From assembly GCA_013239625.1 (NCBI GenBank), contig MU054323.1:3212161-3276160 (forward strand): a stretch of 64,000 nucleotides of DNA. The letters run 5' to 3'. Source of the stretch: Lama guanicoe. Lineage: Eukaryota. Made by a program: the position numbers and the translations under genes. The notes beneath the pieces were generated by a model. The model ran no database searches and was not told the DNA's origin. It worked only from the letters and a program-made list of their open reading frames with translations. Of this stretch, positions 1 through 41,471 are shown one piece after another. How positions within the stretch are numbered: position 1 is the stretch's first letter; each line of letters starts with the position of its first letter.

Positions 1-43
1 CAATAAAACTGTATAAATAAAAGTAAAGAATATATATACTTAC

Positions 44-10835
<10,792 letters not shown>

Positions 10836-10933
10836 CCTGGGAACCCCGAGAGGACGAGCCCAGCAGTCAAAGCCAGCAACAAAGAAACTTCTAAGTCTCC
10901 AATCTAGAGTACCAACGGCTTTCGGAAGCTCCT

Positions 10934-10947
10934 GTCGCCCTGGCAAC
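10934..10947. promoter_or_regulatory. RFX X-box in the WDR35 proximal promoter
   Basis: GTCGCCCTGGCAAC, 12/14 match to the palindromic X-box GTTGCCATGGCAAC, about 100 nt upstream of the ATG of a ciliary IFT gene. Confidence 0.8.
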
Positions 10948-11769
10948 CGGTCGCATCCGGGGCGCCGAGAGACACTTCCGGCGTCGCCCCCGCATCGCGG
11001 AGCGTCCTACGCCTGCGCGGATGTCTCGGGGCTGCTGGACCCGCTGTCGCGGGGCCAAATGGGAATTGGACCTGGTAGCTTTGCGTTTTGGCCTTACTGT
11101 CCTGCGTCTGGGCCGGAGCAGCGGCCCTCACCCCTCTGCCTCGTCGTCTCAGCCGCCCTCCGTTCGGGCGGGCTCCGAGGACCGGCCACACCTCGGACGG
11201 TCGCGGTGGAGCTCGCCCGAGGCGTTAGTATCAACTCAGGAGTAAAGGCGCCCATTCAGATGAAGTCCTGATGTTGGGGTGTTGTGTAAGCCGAAAAGTC
11301 CCAACGTTGTTGAAAGGGCAAAGTCATTTACTGTGTTTGGCAGGCTGGCACCGTTGGCCAAATGTTGGTACAAACGTGCGTTTTCAGGTTGCAAACCTTC
11401 CTTTGTGCCTTTGGGGGTTGGAGAACTCCCTGGAGCAATCTGAGGGTAGGAGATTGTGTCAGTTCTGTTTGTTTTAGAAATTTTTAACAGTTTAAGCTGT
11501 TACTGCAACCCAAGGGTCCTTATAAAAAGGAATCTGTGTGAGCTTTGGGCTGTTACAGCATGTGATTGACTTTGGGCATAGCCTTCCATTTTTAAGTAAT
11601 TGAGGTGTTTGGTATTTTCTTGCCTGGCATCGACTGTTCTATTTTCTCTTCTTTTTCTGCCTTATTTCTTCCTTAAATTTTCCTTGTGCTTTCTGATTGC
11701 TTGGAGAGGTACAGACCACAGTTTTAGACATAGGGCAGAAAATCCCATGAAATTATTTAGTTTCACCTG

Positions 11770-11913
11770 TTTTTTTTTCTTAATTTATGTATTGTTTTAA
11801 TGGGGGGGGATAAGTGTACTTATTTGTTTCTTTTTAGAGGAGGTACTGGGAATTGAACCCAGAACCTTGTGTATGCTAAGCATGCATTCTACCACTTGAG
11901 CTATATCCTCCCC
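11770..11913 (-). mobile_element. tRNA-Ala-derived SINE (camelid vic-1 type)
   Basis: Minus strand GGGGAGGATATAGCTCAAGTGGTAGAATGCATGCTTAGCATACACAAGGTTCTGGGTTCAATTCCCAGTACCTCC plus A-rich tail. Confidence 0.88.
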
Positions 11914-13167
11914 TCTGGTCTTCTCTGTTTTTTATCTCTCGTTTTCACTTTTACCATATTCGTAGCTACCACTGTTGTATATAATCTATATAATCTGTAC
12001 ATGCAGCAGTAGCTAATTTCCCCACCTAGAGGCTTTCCCCATCTCAGGCAAATAAGGTTCAAATCCTTTGACCTGAGACTATTGCCTCACCCAGAATACT
12101 CAAAAGTTGACAATAGTCCTAGTTCCTTTCCTATCAAATATAAACCCCAGCTAAAAGCAGATCTTCCTTCAATCTTAGTATGTCTTCATGTTGGTGCCCC
12201 CACTCTAAACAAGCCAGTATTGCTTTTTTCATCCCACCATGCCTGTCTGCTTCCAAAGCCATTTTATATATGCTCTGATGTTCCTACCTTCTTGGTCATT
12301 TGTGCCTAGCCAAACACACAAATCAGGTCTCCCTGAGTAATTCTTTCCAAACTTAACCCCCATCCCATTCAGATAATTTATTTATTTGTTTTCAAATGTG
12401 TGAGTATCTTTTTTCAGCACCAAACGGTACATTCCTAAGATGTGTTGACACCTGCTCATGGACTCCCTATACTGGACCAAAGAGAAAAAGCAGTTATTAT
12501 CCAAGCCAGGGGATTCCAATCAACTGGTCAAAGTTTAAGACATGATTAGTTGAAACTACTGATGGTTGGTTGCATTCTTGAAAATTCATCTCTCTTTAAT
12601 TCCTTTCCCTAGTTCTTGCACATTCACTATCATTTATCCCTCCTATAGCACCATTTTTTTGGTGAGATATTAATATAACTGTGCTCAAACAAGTTTGGAA
12701 AATAATACTTGCTCTGTGTTAGGTCCTTTCAAAAGTGTTCAGAAATAACAACATATGTTTCATATAATATATACTGCCGTGATGTGTTCATTTTTCATTT
12801 CTTTACAGTCTATATTTAGATATTTTTACTGTTCCTGGGTTTACATTTGTAGGTTACATTTGCTTTTCAGGTGCCTATATTAATGTATCCTCATCGTTTT
12901 ATCTAAATTTAAGTAATTTTATTGTATTCCCTCTCCCACAAGATTCTTGATTCAAGCCTTTCTATTTAACATGAATTTACATTTGTAATCTTAAGAGCAT
13001 GAAATTAAATTGTAGAAAGAGCCACAACATTGTGTCCTGTGACAAGGAACTGTTTCATATTTGAAACAGTTGTTAGTTCAGCTTAATTTAAGGAAATGTG
13101 TTAATAGACAAAGTTGATAATGTCACCCAAAAAAAGCATGACAATAATATATAAAGATAATGATGTT

Positions 13168-13173
13168 TTTATT
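13168..13173 (-). terminator. Likely MATN3 polyadenylation signal (AATAAA); alternative at 13372-13377
   Basis: AATAAA on the minus strand about 0.9 kb after the stop codon, followed by U/GU-rich sequence. Confidence 0.55.
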
Positions 13174-13989
13174 ATACTAAAGACAACATAAATCAAAAAA
13201 GAATGAGTAGTATACAATTTAAAGAATTGTTTTCTTCTAAAAGTTACAAGCTTTAAAGCTGAAAAAATTATATGTATCAAATATGTAAGTGAAAAAAGTT
13301 AGGCTTATCATTAACATTTTAAAAACATTAGGTTTTGTTATTTGTTATAGTAATATTTATAAATACATAATTTTATTGATTGGATCCTAAAGTAAAACGA
13401 TAAAGTAAACTTAGGATTTTTTTGTCCTTGGTAAAAAGTTATAATACTCTTAATTCACAACTGAAGTCTTTAGCTGTGTGTTTCTTTCTCACATCACAAT
13501 GAATTAAAAATGGCATATAACAGTTCATTTGATGTGTGTTAACTATATTTAGATATGTGTATTATAATCCCCTGATCACAGTTTCAGCAGTAGTTTAGCA
13601 AAAATGATCAAAAACCAAAAGTGTTGAAGATATAGTTCTAAATTATATTCATCTCAATTTAATGATATGAATTTTTTATGTGTAAATACTTTGTACAATT
13701 TACACTCTCAATAATAAGACTGGTTTATACTATAAATACTGTCAAGAAAAAAAATAGATCAAAAGTTCCCATTGTATGTATGGTTATCTTACTAATACAA
13801 ACATTTAAAAATTAAATGGCTCAATTAGTAGAGAAAGAAAGAAACATGAAACTTTACATTCTATTTACTACCAACTATTTCACAGTCATAGCTTAGAGAC
13901 ACTAAAGTTTGCTCTTAATAAGGATATGGACATTTATTTCCTTAGAAAAATGAAACTGACTTTCCAGAAGGTCCTCACACTACTTATCC

Positions 13990-14049
13990 NNNNNNNNNNN
14001 NNNNNNNNNNNNNNNNNNNNNNNNNNNNNNNNNNNNNNNNNNNNNNNNN
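13990..14049. other. Assembly gap (60 N) in the MATN3 3'UTR
   Basis: Run of n characters. Confidence 1.
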
Positions 14050-14093
14050 ATTAAATACACGCTCCATGTTTCCAGGTGACAAAATTGAGCTAG

Positions 14094-30730
<16,637 letters not shown>

Positions 30731-33417
30731 GACTGGCTCGGTGCTTTTGCCCGTGTCTGTCGGCGGGTCGTGGCTCACTCTCTGGCTGGGTCAGTCGCAG
30801 GCGGGTGCCCGGCGCGAGGGCGGCTGATTTAAAGGTCCCGCGGCCCTGAGCCCCTCCCCGTGGCCTTGGGCCACGCCCCTCGGGCGTACGCCCCGCCCCG
30901 CGAACCCGCCCAGGGGCAGCGGGCAACCTGGTCCGCGCATTCCCGCCGCGGCGGACGCGGAATGTCTGGGACAAGCTGGCCAGCGGCGCGGTATCTGACC
31001 CCGGCCCGCTGCCCCGCCCGTCCCTGTCTGGGTGGGCTCGGCCCGGTGCCTTCTGGCCCGGCTCTGTCTCTCTCGAAACTTCTGCCTCGCCTGTACACCC
31101 GGGGACTGCCCGACCCTCCACTCACCCTCCTGACCTCCAGGCGCCTCTGGCCGGCGTCCCAGGCTCCCAGTTTAGGAGGCTGGGACTCTGCCATCCAGCT
31201 CCATCCAGGTTTACCTGCCTCAAGGATTAACTCTGATCCCCACACTACATTCCTTTCCCCAGCCAAGTAACCCAAGTTAAAAAAAAAGAAAGAAAGAAAA
31301 GAAAAGCCTCACAGACTCTAGCAGCATGACTAGAAATGCTTTCATCCCAGCTTCAAACATCCGTAAACATTTGAACTTATATTACCGGGAATAGAAAGTC
31401 AAACATACATTCCCCAGAGAGCCCCCGTTAGCTGGAAGGACAGCCTGTACGGACAGGCTTCAAAGGCTCTCCCTTTTTCCCACTTCCTCTCCAGAAGAGG
31501 GATTGTGGCAGCACAGGGCTGGAGGCCAACAAGGGGACCCTCCAGGAACTCAGTCTACCGGGAGAGAAAGAAGCATCAATAGTGTACTTGTCTAAGGGAC
31601 CATGCTGAATTCAAGGAGAAACTGGCTTTGCCTGAGAAAACCAGGAAGCCTTCTAAAAGAGGGGTCACCTCTGAGCTGGATGGTAAAATATGACAACAAA
31701 CACGAGCTCCAACAGATCCTGTCTGGTCTTCTTGCTTTCAGACGATTGACTTTTGAAATCTACACTCCATATAGTAACCTTAAAATCACTTCTCTTATTA
31801 AACCTTGCAACTTCACTTCCAGTAAAATCCGAACTCCTTTTCATGGCCACCTGGTCTACCTCACTGACCACACCTGGAACTTACTCTGCCCTCCATACAT
31901 CAACCACACTAGCCTTCCTCGGTCCTGCAGGACAAGGTTGTTCCCACCTTGTGGCCTTGGCACCTGGTCGTCCCACCTCCCATCCTTCATCTTCTCTCCC
32001 CACCCCACTACACCCACTCCACTCTCATCACCGCAGAGCAGTGGTTCTCAAACAATTTCTCATCCCATTAAACCTCACAGAATCGATACAACTCCATCAG
32101 TGTTAGCAAAGTGAGAGTCGTAAGGAGGGGAAATGTCTCTCAACTCCCAGTGAGAATTCACCTATTTCAGAGGATCTTAGAAGCTAGAATGTTATAATGG
32201 GAAAGGGACACTAAGAAGACTGAAAGAAGCAACACCAAGGTAAGAAGTTCTTGTCCAACACAATGTCTGCCAGCTCTCATGGACATATGTCATTTGTTCA
32301 TCGTCATGCTCTTTGGATGATCCTCAAAGCCTTTGAACACCCTTACTCAATTTGCAAATTCCAACTTTATGAGTCAGCACCTCCCTGAGTAGAAGCCAGC
32401 AACTTGATTCCCAGCATCTCTTGCAGCTAGCATATATGCAAATGACCCAGACTTCATTGATAAGATGAATTCGCCTTTTTGTTTCAGCATCTAGTGGTGA
32501 GAAGCAAGCACTTTGTTGTCTTCATTCTGACGAGGATGGGAAGACAGCTAGCTTTCAAAGCAGCTATGGAGAGGGAAGAGCTGGATACAGTGCCCAGGGA
32601 AAGCAGGGTGAGCTAGGCTGTCTGTGCCCATCAGTAGTGGCTCTAGGTGTCCCCTAGAGCTGACCTGCAATGTAACTGGGAGTGTTTCACGACTGTGTGG
32701 CTTCCAGCCTTGATTATCACCCTCTTTCAGGAATTATGTAAGTCACTTGATATCCAGGGCTGCATATAGTGCACTATTCATACGCATAGTCACCACATAT
32801 TTATTATAACAGATGGCATTCCTTTTCAATAAGTGGCCGTGAGGTATCTTGAGGAATGGATGGCTTTTCATATGCATTTTGGACTAGTAATGGGACTGAT
32901 AATACCCTTCATATATCCTTTTTCTGCTTCTTCTAGCTGGAGTGAGTTCTGTTTGCGACTGTTAACTTTATCTTATAATTTTTACCTTTAAGTACCACGA
33001 GGGAGCATTATTTTATCAAAGAGCTCAAAATAAATCAAGAATCTCTTAGCTCCTTGGTGAATGACAGGACACATTAGTTGCCAGTAACTTAGATGATTTC
33101 AGATGCACATCTAGGCATGTTATACCATCTTGGATGAAATGAAAATTGTCTGATAAATTGGTGTCTCCAGAATTCTTTCCATGAGTTCACAGTCTTACAT
33201 CTGTGGTCCAGTAATTCTAAAAACAAATACAAAGGCAGCTCTTCTGGCAAAGAGATCCAGGTGGCCTCAGGGGCTTCTGGTATGTCACTAACTTACTGGC
33301 TACTGGCCTAGGTTGAGCCATGTTCAGGAAAAGACTAGAATAACTTTTAGATAACTTAAATATTTAGGTAGTGAGGAGTCCATACAAATTTCTTCAACTA
33401 TTAAGGACAAAAAATGA

Positions 33418-33550
33418 GGGGGAAGGGTATAGCTCAAGTGGTAGAGCGCATATATGAGGTCCTGGGTTCAATCCCCAATACCTCTTCTGAAAATAAGTAA
33501 GTAAATAATTACCCCTCCCCCCAAAAAAAAACTTTAAAAAAAGAAAAAAA
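33418..33550 (+). mobile_element. tRNA-Ala-derived SINE (vic-1 type), anticodon loop deleted
   Basis: GGGTATAGCTCAAGTGGTAGAGCGCATATATGAGGTCCTGGGTTCAATCCCC plus A-tail. Confidence 0.85.
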
Positions 33551-36500
33551 GTAACAAAGATTTATGTATACTTTGCATTGCTTTTAATTTTTTAATTATT
33601 TTTCGTATAGGTAATGCATATACTTGGTGCAAACAGTGAAAAACAAAAACAAAACAAAAACAAAAACAAAAAAACTATCAAATGCTGAGATTACTTTCAG
33701 CTTTGCATTGCTACTGAGTTAGAAAGGAGTGAACATGTCGGGTTATTTTTTCTCATATAATTAGGATTCCAGCAATAGTGTAAGTCTTGGGAGCTACTCA
33801 AGGAGCCGGCCTTCTCCTTCCACCCTTGGTATGTGAATTTCGTCCCCGAGGCTGCTTGACCTCCAAGTATTATGTCAGCGTTCAAGGCCAAAGGAAGAAG
33901 GAAGACACAAGGGCAAAGGCAAAATGTACAGATTTTCTTCCTGCATCTCATTGGCTAGAAATACATCATACAGCCCCGCCTGGTGGCAGGGAGTCTTTGA
34001 AGGTAAGTTTTCAGCTTCTTAGGTCTACAGAGAGGAAGGCAAAGGAAAAACTGGATTGGAATGTGTGTTAAGAGCTAACCTATGGTATCTGCCACAGATA
34101 CTCAGTGAAAATGAACTATCTCTATCCCCCTGACCCCCACTGTGGTGGCCCCACTGTTACCAATATCTTGAATATCCACATACTTGTATGTATAAGTATT
34201 TTAAAATACTAACATATACGTACTATCTGAATGTTGTATTGGAAGAGATATATGTTTCTAACTTTAGACCCAGAGGCTGAGAGTTCAAAAGAGCTACTTC
34301 TGAACCAGGTGAAAATGTCTTAGATTCTGTGGATGCATTGGAAAAAATATTGCCCAAAAAATGTCCCAAAGCTTCTTAAATCTGGTAAAGAATAGGCAAG
34401 ACCAAGTCCTTGGACAACAAATATAATCTTTTTTTTCTTCCCCCAAAACACCTCCAGCCCAAAATGGAAGTGTTTCTGTAGAGTATAGGATAGTACAGTA
34501 AAAGCTGTATAGTTTCTCCGCTACTAAAATCCACCTGAATAACAGGTGCAAAATGTGCAGAAATGAACATGTGCAAAGACTTAGAGATGTGTTGCTGCCT
34601 TTGTTTTTTAATTGCCAGAGGGGTTAAGATGGTACTAATGAAGTGGTCATGATTTTATTAAATCTTTGAGAATAAACAGAAATTGTGGTAATTAAGTCTA
34701 AACTTCATGTTCTAATGTCTGTATAATTTTTTATGTCTGTGTAATTTTGGATACCAGTTTCCTAACTACATGAGAGTTGTTTGGGAATAGGACGAGGCTG
34801 CAGGCAATGTTGGCTGCTCTGGAAAAGAGGACTGTTTTTGAAACATAGGCTGCATGTTTGTATCATTGCCAGTAATTCTGCAGAGCTCTGTAAATGACCT
34901 ACTGCTATTAATTAACGTTGAGAACTCAAGATCTATTTCTATTGAAAACAATAGAATAAATATTTGAAAAGAGCAATTCACAGCAATTTTGCTTCCTTTA
35001 GTAAAAATTGGCATTAATTTTTATTGTTTCACGGTACATATATAAGCATGAATATTAAATTTCACTACTTAATAAAAAAAAAGTCAACCAATTCATTAGC
35101 CATCAATGTAATGTCTTCCTTCTTCAGAGCACTCTTCCCTGAAGCCATATCTTAGTTTTTTCAAACTTATTTTTACCACTATCCACTGTAGCAACCACGT
35201 TCTTTATTGTGAACCAGGAGTTACATAAATACAACAGAAATGGCACTTTCCTGAAAGAGCATTTAACCTTACCACATGTAACCCACTCTAATGCTTTCTG
35301 TTTTATTCACCTCCATTCCATTCTGTTATTTTTTTGAAAAGATCTGATTGTGAACGTCTAGAGTTCATGATTCACTGTTTCATAGTCAGCAGTTTGAAAA
35401 ACTGTTTCAAGTAAATTCTTTCCTACTGTCTCTGTCTTTCCAACCCATGACAGCATACTGTTTCTTTTGTGGGACTTACTCCGTTTGTAATTATTTGACA
35501 GATATTGAATTGATTTATTTCTATACCCCACTGGATTGCAGGCTCTGGGAGGGCAGAATTGATGGCTGCGTTGTTCACTGCTGAATTCCTATCAATTCTC
35601 CCTCACCGCGTGCAGGTTAAATATTTATCGTGGGACTAGGACTTCAGGAAATGAAGGATCATAGAACAGGGCTGATATTTAGCCCTCCCTTGGCAGGATA
35701 GTCAACAGGTATGAAAGATTGTAGGAAAAGAAATAACCTGGCATTATTTTTCCCGAGAGTTGAATGGTGCTGAGGAAATGGCTTCACTGTTTCACTCCAC
35801 TGACAAGAGACGGCTCTGTGCCGGGCATGGGCCCGCAGACAGCCCTTCTTCTGGCCTCCTCTAGCGGGAGAGTTGGTCCTCCTCTACCCCAGGCTCCCTC
35901 TCTGAAGAAATTCAGGGGAAGAAGCAACACGAAGCGTCATGGTCTGTTTCAGCACATTTGCACATTGGCATGTGTAAAAATTAAAACTATTTGGCTAGGC
36001 TAGGGAATACATATTATGGATAGCTTTCTGTAAAAATTCACTTTCATACTGCTAGTTTGTTTTTACAATTCTAAATGACTGGTTCCTTATCATTCAGGTC
36101 TAGCTAGACTATGTTCTGATAATGACTCCAAAGTCTCAAGGTCCTTTAGCAACAAATATTTACTTCTTGCTCTGTTATGTCTTTCCTGTATCTACATCTT
36201 CTTCATTCTGATACCCAGACTTAAGGAGCTGCCTCAACCTGGAATATGCTGGTCTTGCGGCAAAGGAAAGAAACGAGAGATGGTGGAACCAGATGACAGA
36301 TCTTAACATTTTTGCAAGGAAGTTGCTTCCATTCATTTCACTCACGTGTTACCCCCAAGTCAATGAACTTCAAGCCCAAGCAAGTCACATGGGCAAGCCT
36401 GATGTTAATGGGGGTATATAAACCTTTTACAGGAGGTATAGCAGATAGCTAAAAACCATACTGGGATCTAGCACAATTTCTTTATTCATCTTTTTCATAA

Positions 36501-39500
36501 TATGATGGATGGGCACCCCCCTGAGGTTTCCTCTCTTGATTCAGTAAAAACTTTTTCATCTCTGAGTCCAGATCAGTCTCTCGTTAAGAGACCCCTGGCT
36601 TTAGCTGATCTAACCACTTTCTTTTCAGCTTCTGAAGGACAGAGCCTCAGTGGATTGGTCTCTGTGTTCTTGCCACCTAACATACCAGGAGTAGGAGACG
36701 TGCACCAGCTCTCTGCTCAGGCCTGCTGGAAAGTGACTGAATGTGTCATCCAACAGGTTGTCACTCCCAGGAGCCAAGCCCTCAGGACACATGCAAGGCT
36801 GTGGTGTCAGTTGGACTCCAAGAGGTATTTTCTTCACATCCTAGTTTTACTGATTTATGACAAAAATGTCCAGCTGTGAAACTTACAGAAACTCCCAGGT
36901 TCAGTCCTCTCCAACTCTGGGCCAGAAACCTAGAGAAGCAGGCCTAATTGTACACATGCCCTAGTGCTTGCACAAGAATCTGCCAGGAGGGTCTTAAATG
37001 TAGAGATCTGGGCCCCATCCCAGATATTCTGATTCAGATGCTTTGGGACTGGGCCCAGGAATCTGCATTTAACAATCACTGGAGGAAACTGCTGTGCTGA
37101 GGGAATCTGCAATGTCTTGGTTCTAGAGGTCTCGGCTGCAGGCCTGGATGGGGGCCCACCACACAGCTGCTGTATAAGCCTGATTCTGCACCCAGTGTCT
37201 GTTTCCTTTGCCCTTTCCTTTTCTGCCTTCCACACTCTATACAGTCTGGAAACCCATAGGCTTTTTTCTAGGTCATCTTTAAAAAATATGTATTTTTTAA
37301 AATTATATATAATCTTAATTTTTAAAATTAAGATTTTTTTTCCTTGTTGTAAAAGTAATGTCACTATGAATTTGGAAAATGTTAAGTAAGCAAAAATAAG
37401 AAAATAAACCATCCATAATACGACCCACCCCAAAGATATGCTGTGGTGTTACCTCTTTTTCTCTGCTTATATGTTCATATTTTTTATTTATAATGAGATC
37501 ACACTGTATATTGTGGTCTTATACCTTGCATTCTGTACTTAATGAATTGTCAACAACTTTTTGTTATAATTCTTTTCCTAATACATCACTTTTAAGGGCT
37601 ATACTGTATTCCATTGTATATTCCACTTACTTAACCAATTCTTATCGTGGGACATTTGGTTTATACTTGTTTTTAAATTATAAACAGTGCTTCAATGAAT
37701 CTCCTTTTGTGAATTGTTGTGAATTATTATTTTTCTCCCTAGAATAGTTAGAATTGGAAAGTCTAAAAGTCTGACTATATTCAATATCTTGTAATAAACT
37801 GTAATGAAAAATATACATAGTAAATTATACTATAATTTAAAAAAAGAATTTCCACACAGAAGAACAAAGTTAAAGAAGGCAACAAATTTCTCAATGGAAA
37901 CAGTGTGTGCAAAAAGACAGTGCAGCAACATCTTAAAAGTACAAACGAAAAAAAAAACCCTGACAACCTAGGATTCCATACCCTGGGAAAATATCTTTTG
38001 AAAACAAAAGTAAATAAAAGACATTTTCAGGCACACAAAAACCAAAAGAATTCAGCAGCAGCAGAACCACACTGGAAAAAAATGTTAAAACATGTCCTCT
38101 GGGAGCCAAAGAATGATAGATGGAAATGTGGAGCCACAAAAAGAAAAAAGAGTACCAGAAACAGAATCTAAATGGATGTACATGTAGGTTTTTCAGTTTT
38201 TCTCTTTAAAAGATAATTAACTGTTTAATAAAAAATAAGAGTCAAGGAAGGGCAGAGGAAGAGGGAATCTGGTCAGCCACTTGCTTGCAAAGAGTTATTT
38301 ACTAATGTCATTCAACTGATGGGAGGGCCAGGAATATAAATCAGGTTTCCTGATACCCTGTCTAGATTTTGAGCTCCCTAATTGAATGATGAGAGATACA
38401 AAGCTCCTTTCTAACAGGCAGAAAAGTTACCCTTTTTCTGGTTTTTAGGTCAAATACTTTTCTTCTCCCTCTTCAGGACGTCCTCCAGCTACTCCTTGCT
38501 CACCGCCCCCCACCCCTACCCATGATAATATTTGCACAGGGCTTTATAGCTGCCAACCCTCCCATGTCTGTTACCTCACTTGATCCCAAGAACACCTCCA
38601 ATAAGTCCATAGGTCAGGAATTTGCATCTTCTTGATTTTAGATGCAGGAACTGAAATTAACATCCCAGTTAAATTTCCCAAGATGAGAGAGTAATAGCCT
38701 GGTGAAATGGGGAATTTAACTCCAACTATCCAGATCCACTGCTCATTCCAACAGCCCCATTCTGCTTCACTCCTATGTTTGAATTTCATGTTCTTTGGCA
38801 ACATTCATCTTGCTTCTAAATTATTTTCTCATACTTGAAGTCATGACTTTTATAGAAAAACAAAGCAACCTCAGAAAAGCAAAGGTGTAAATTTTTTGTT
38901 CAGTCAAATCCTGGGCTTATTTACAACACCTTCCTTCTCTGAAAGCAAAAGGAGACCTGAAAATGGCACATCAACATTTGCCTACAAGGAACATCGGAAC
39001 AACTAGACTTAGAACAAACTTCCACGATCACTAAACAAATTAGTCACAGATGGGGAAACAGAGTGATCAGGACACCACCAAACAGAAGGAATAAAATGTA
39101 CGATTTATCAACATAGTCTCTTCTTTTCATGTTTTAAGACCCTTTAAATGTAGATGTGGTGAGCCTCACATTTGAATGATATCCAATTTATACCGAAAAG
39201 AATCTATTAGCAGTGAAAATTTTGTAGAGACAAATTGTTTCATTCAGTAAACATTTACTACACCCCTAACAACTCCAGTAGGTCATTGGAATCAAAGGAG
39301 GAAATGGCCAATTTACAGAATTGACCATTTACTGAAGTATTTTTAAATATTTCATGTTATATTCTTTTGAGTACTTATAAGTGTGCCCTTGTGCTAAGAA
39401 GCACTGTACCCTGTCCGCATCTTAGGAAGATACTGTGCAAATAAAAGCTCACAGAGGTTAAATAACTTGGCCATGCTCACGTGGTCAATCAGTGGCAGAA

Positions 39501-40062
39501 CTGGAGTTTAAAACCAAGTTTGTCTGAATCCATTATGTGATTTCTCGGCAACTCCTCTGTACAGTCCATTTTATAGCAGCTGTTTTTTTTTTGTCATGTA
39601 CTATGCTCTGTACCAGGGTAGGCATATGAATTACAGCATTTATTTACAACTCTGTGAGTTATAAGTCCCTTTCCAGGTGAGAAAACAGACTCAGAGAAAT
39701 TGTACAAGTCATTTCAGGACTCTCATCTGTTTGGAAACCCCCTGTAGTTTCCTGCCACTAAGAGACATCGTAATGATCTATAACGGCCAATGTAACACCT
39801 CTCTGAGCTTGTCACCCACAACTGCCCACTCACCTCCCTCTCCACTTACCAAGCTCACTGTCTTTGAATATTCCAAGTCCCTCTGCCTGGGATGTTCTTC
39901 CTCCCTCATGCTTTGGGTCTTGCTCACGTGTCACTTTCTAAGTGTGGCCTTTCCTGCCGTTTAAAATTGCACCCTTCATCCTCTTTCCTTGTTTCCTTTT
40001 CTCCTCCATAGCTCTGTCACTTACTATACAGCTTACAGTTAACTTTAAATCTTCTGTCTCTT

Positions 40063-41471
40063 GAATAGAGAGCTCAGAAATGAACCCACAAACTTTTGGT
40101 CAACTAATCTTCGACAAAGGAGGCAAGAATATACAATGGAATAAAGACAGTCTCTTCAGCAAATGGTGTTGGAAAAACTGGACAGCAGCAAGTAAAACAA
40201 TGAAGCTAGAACACTCCCTTACACCATATACAAAAATCAACTCAAAATGGATCAAAGACTTAAACATAAGACAAGATACAATAAACCTCCTAGAGGAAAA
40301 CATAGGCAAAACATTATCTGACATACATTTCAAAAATTTTCTCCTAGAAGAAATAAAAGCAAGAATAAACAAATGGGACCTAATGAAACTTACAAGCTTC
40401 TGCAGAGCAAAGGAAACCAGAAATAAAACAAGAAGAAAACCTACGGAATGGGAGAAAATTTTTGCAAGTGAAACCGACAAAGGCTTGATCTCCAGAATAT
40501 ATAAGCAGCTCATACGACTCAATAAGAAAAAAATAAACAACCCAATCCAAAAATGGGCAGAAGACCTAAACAAGCAGTTCTCCACGGAAGACATACAAAT
40601 GATCAAAAGGCACATGAAAAAATGCTCAATATCACTAATTATCAGAGAAATGCAAATCAAAACTACAATGAGGTATCACCTCACACCAGTCAGAATGGCC
40701 GTCATTCAAAAATCCACAAATGACAAATGCTGGAGAGGCTGTGGAGAAAGGGGAACCCTCCTACACTGCTGGTGGGAATGCAGTTTGGTGCAGCCACTAT
40801 GGAAAACAGTGTGGAGATTCCTCAAAAGACTAGGAATAGACTTACCATATGACCCAGGAATCCCACTCCTGGGCTTGTATCCAGAAGGAACCCTACTTCA
40901 GGATGACACCTGCACCCCAATGTTCATAGCAGCACTATTTACAATAGCCAAAACATGGAAACAGCCTAAATGTCCATCAACAGGTGACCGGATAAAGAAG
41001 ATGTGGTATATTTATACAATGGAATACTACTCAGCCATAAAAACCGACAACGTAATGCCATTTGCGGCAACATGGATGCTCCTGGAGAATGTCATTCTAA
41101 GTGAAGTAAGCCAGAAAGAGAAAGAAGAATACCATATGAGATCACTCATATGTGGAATCTAAAAAACAAACAAACAAAAATAAAGCGTAAATACAGGACA
41201 GAAATAGACTCATAGACAGAGAATACAGACTTGTGGTTGCCAGGGGGGTGGAGGGTGGGAAGGGATAGAGTGGGATTTCAAAATTGTAGAATAGATAAAC
41301 AAGATTATACTGTATAGCGCAGGGAAATTTACACAAAACGTTATGGTAACTAACAGAGAAAAAAATGTGACGAGCGTGTATATGTCCACGTATGACTGAA
41401 AAATTGTGCTGAACACTGGAATTTGACACAACATTGTAAAATGATTATAAATCAATAAAAAATGTTAAAAA
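40063..41471 (+). mobile_element. Young 5'-truncated LINE-1 (ORF2 C-terminus, 3'UTR, A-tail)
   Basis: Uninterrupted 360-aa ORF2 C-terminus (40080-41162) with CCHC motif [18 protein letters not shown]; perfect 16-bp TSD aaatcttctgtctctt (40047-40062 and 41472-41487). Confidence 0.97.

Noticed and set aside
30731..30778. In-frame upstream GTG extending MATN3 by 16 aa
   Set aside because: Near-cognate codon in modest context, close to the probable TSS; the ATG has -3 G and directly starts a signal peptide
31602..32114. 170-aa plus-strand ORF upstream of MATN3
   Set aside because: No recognisable domain or splice support; composition resembles non-coding sequence
40100..40660. 186-aa antisense ORF, and similar ORFs at 41142-41455 and 63282-63575
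   Set aside because: Standard reverse-strand shadow of L1 ORF2/3'UTR, not an independent gene
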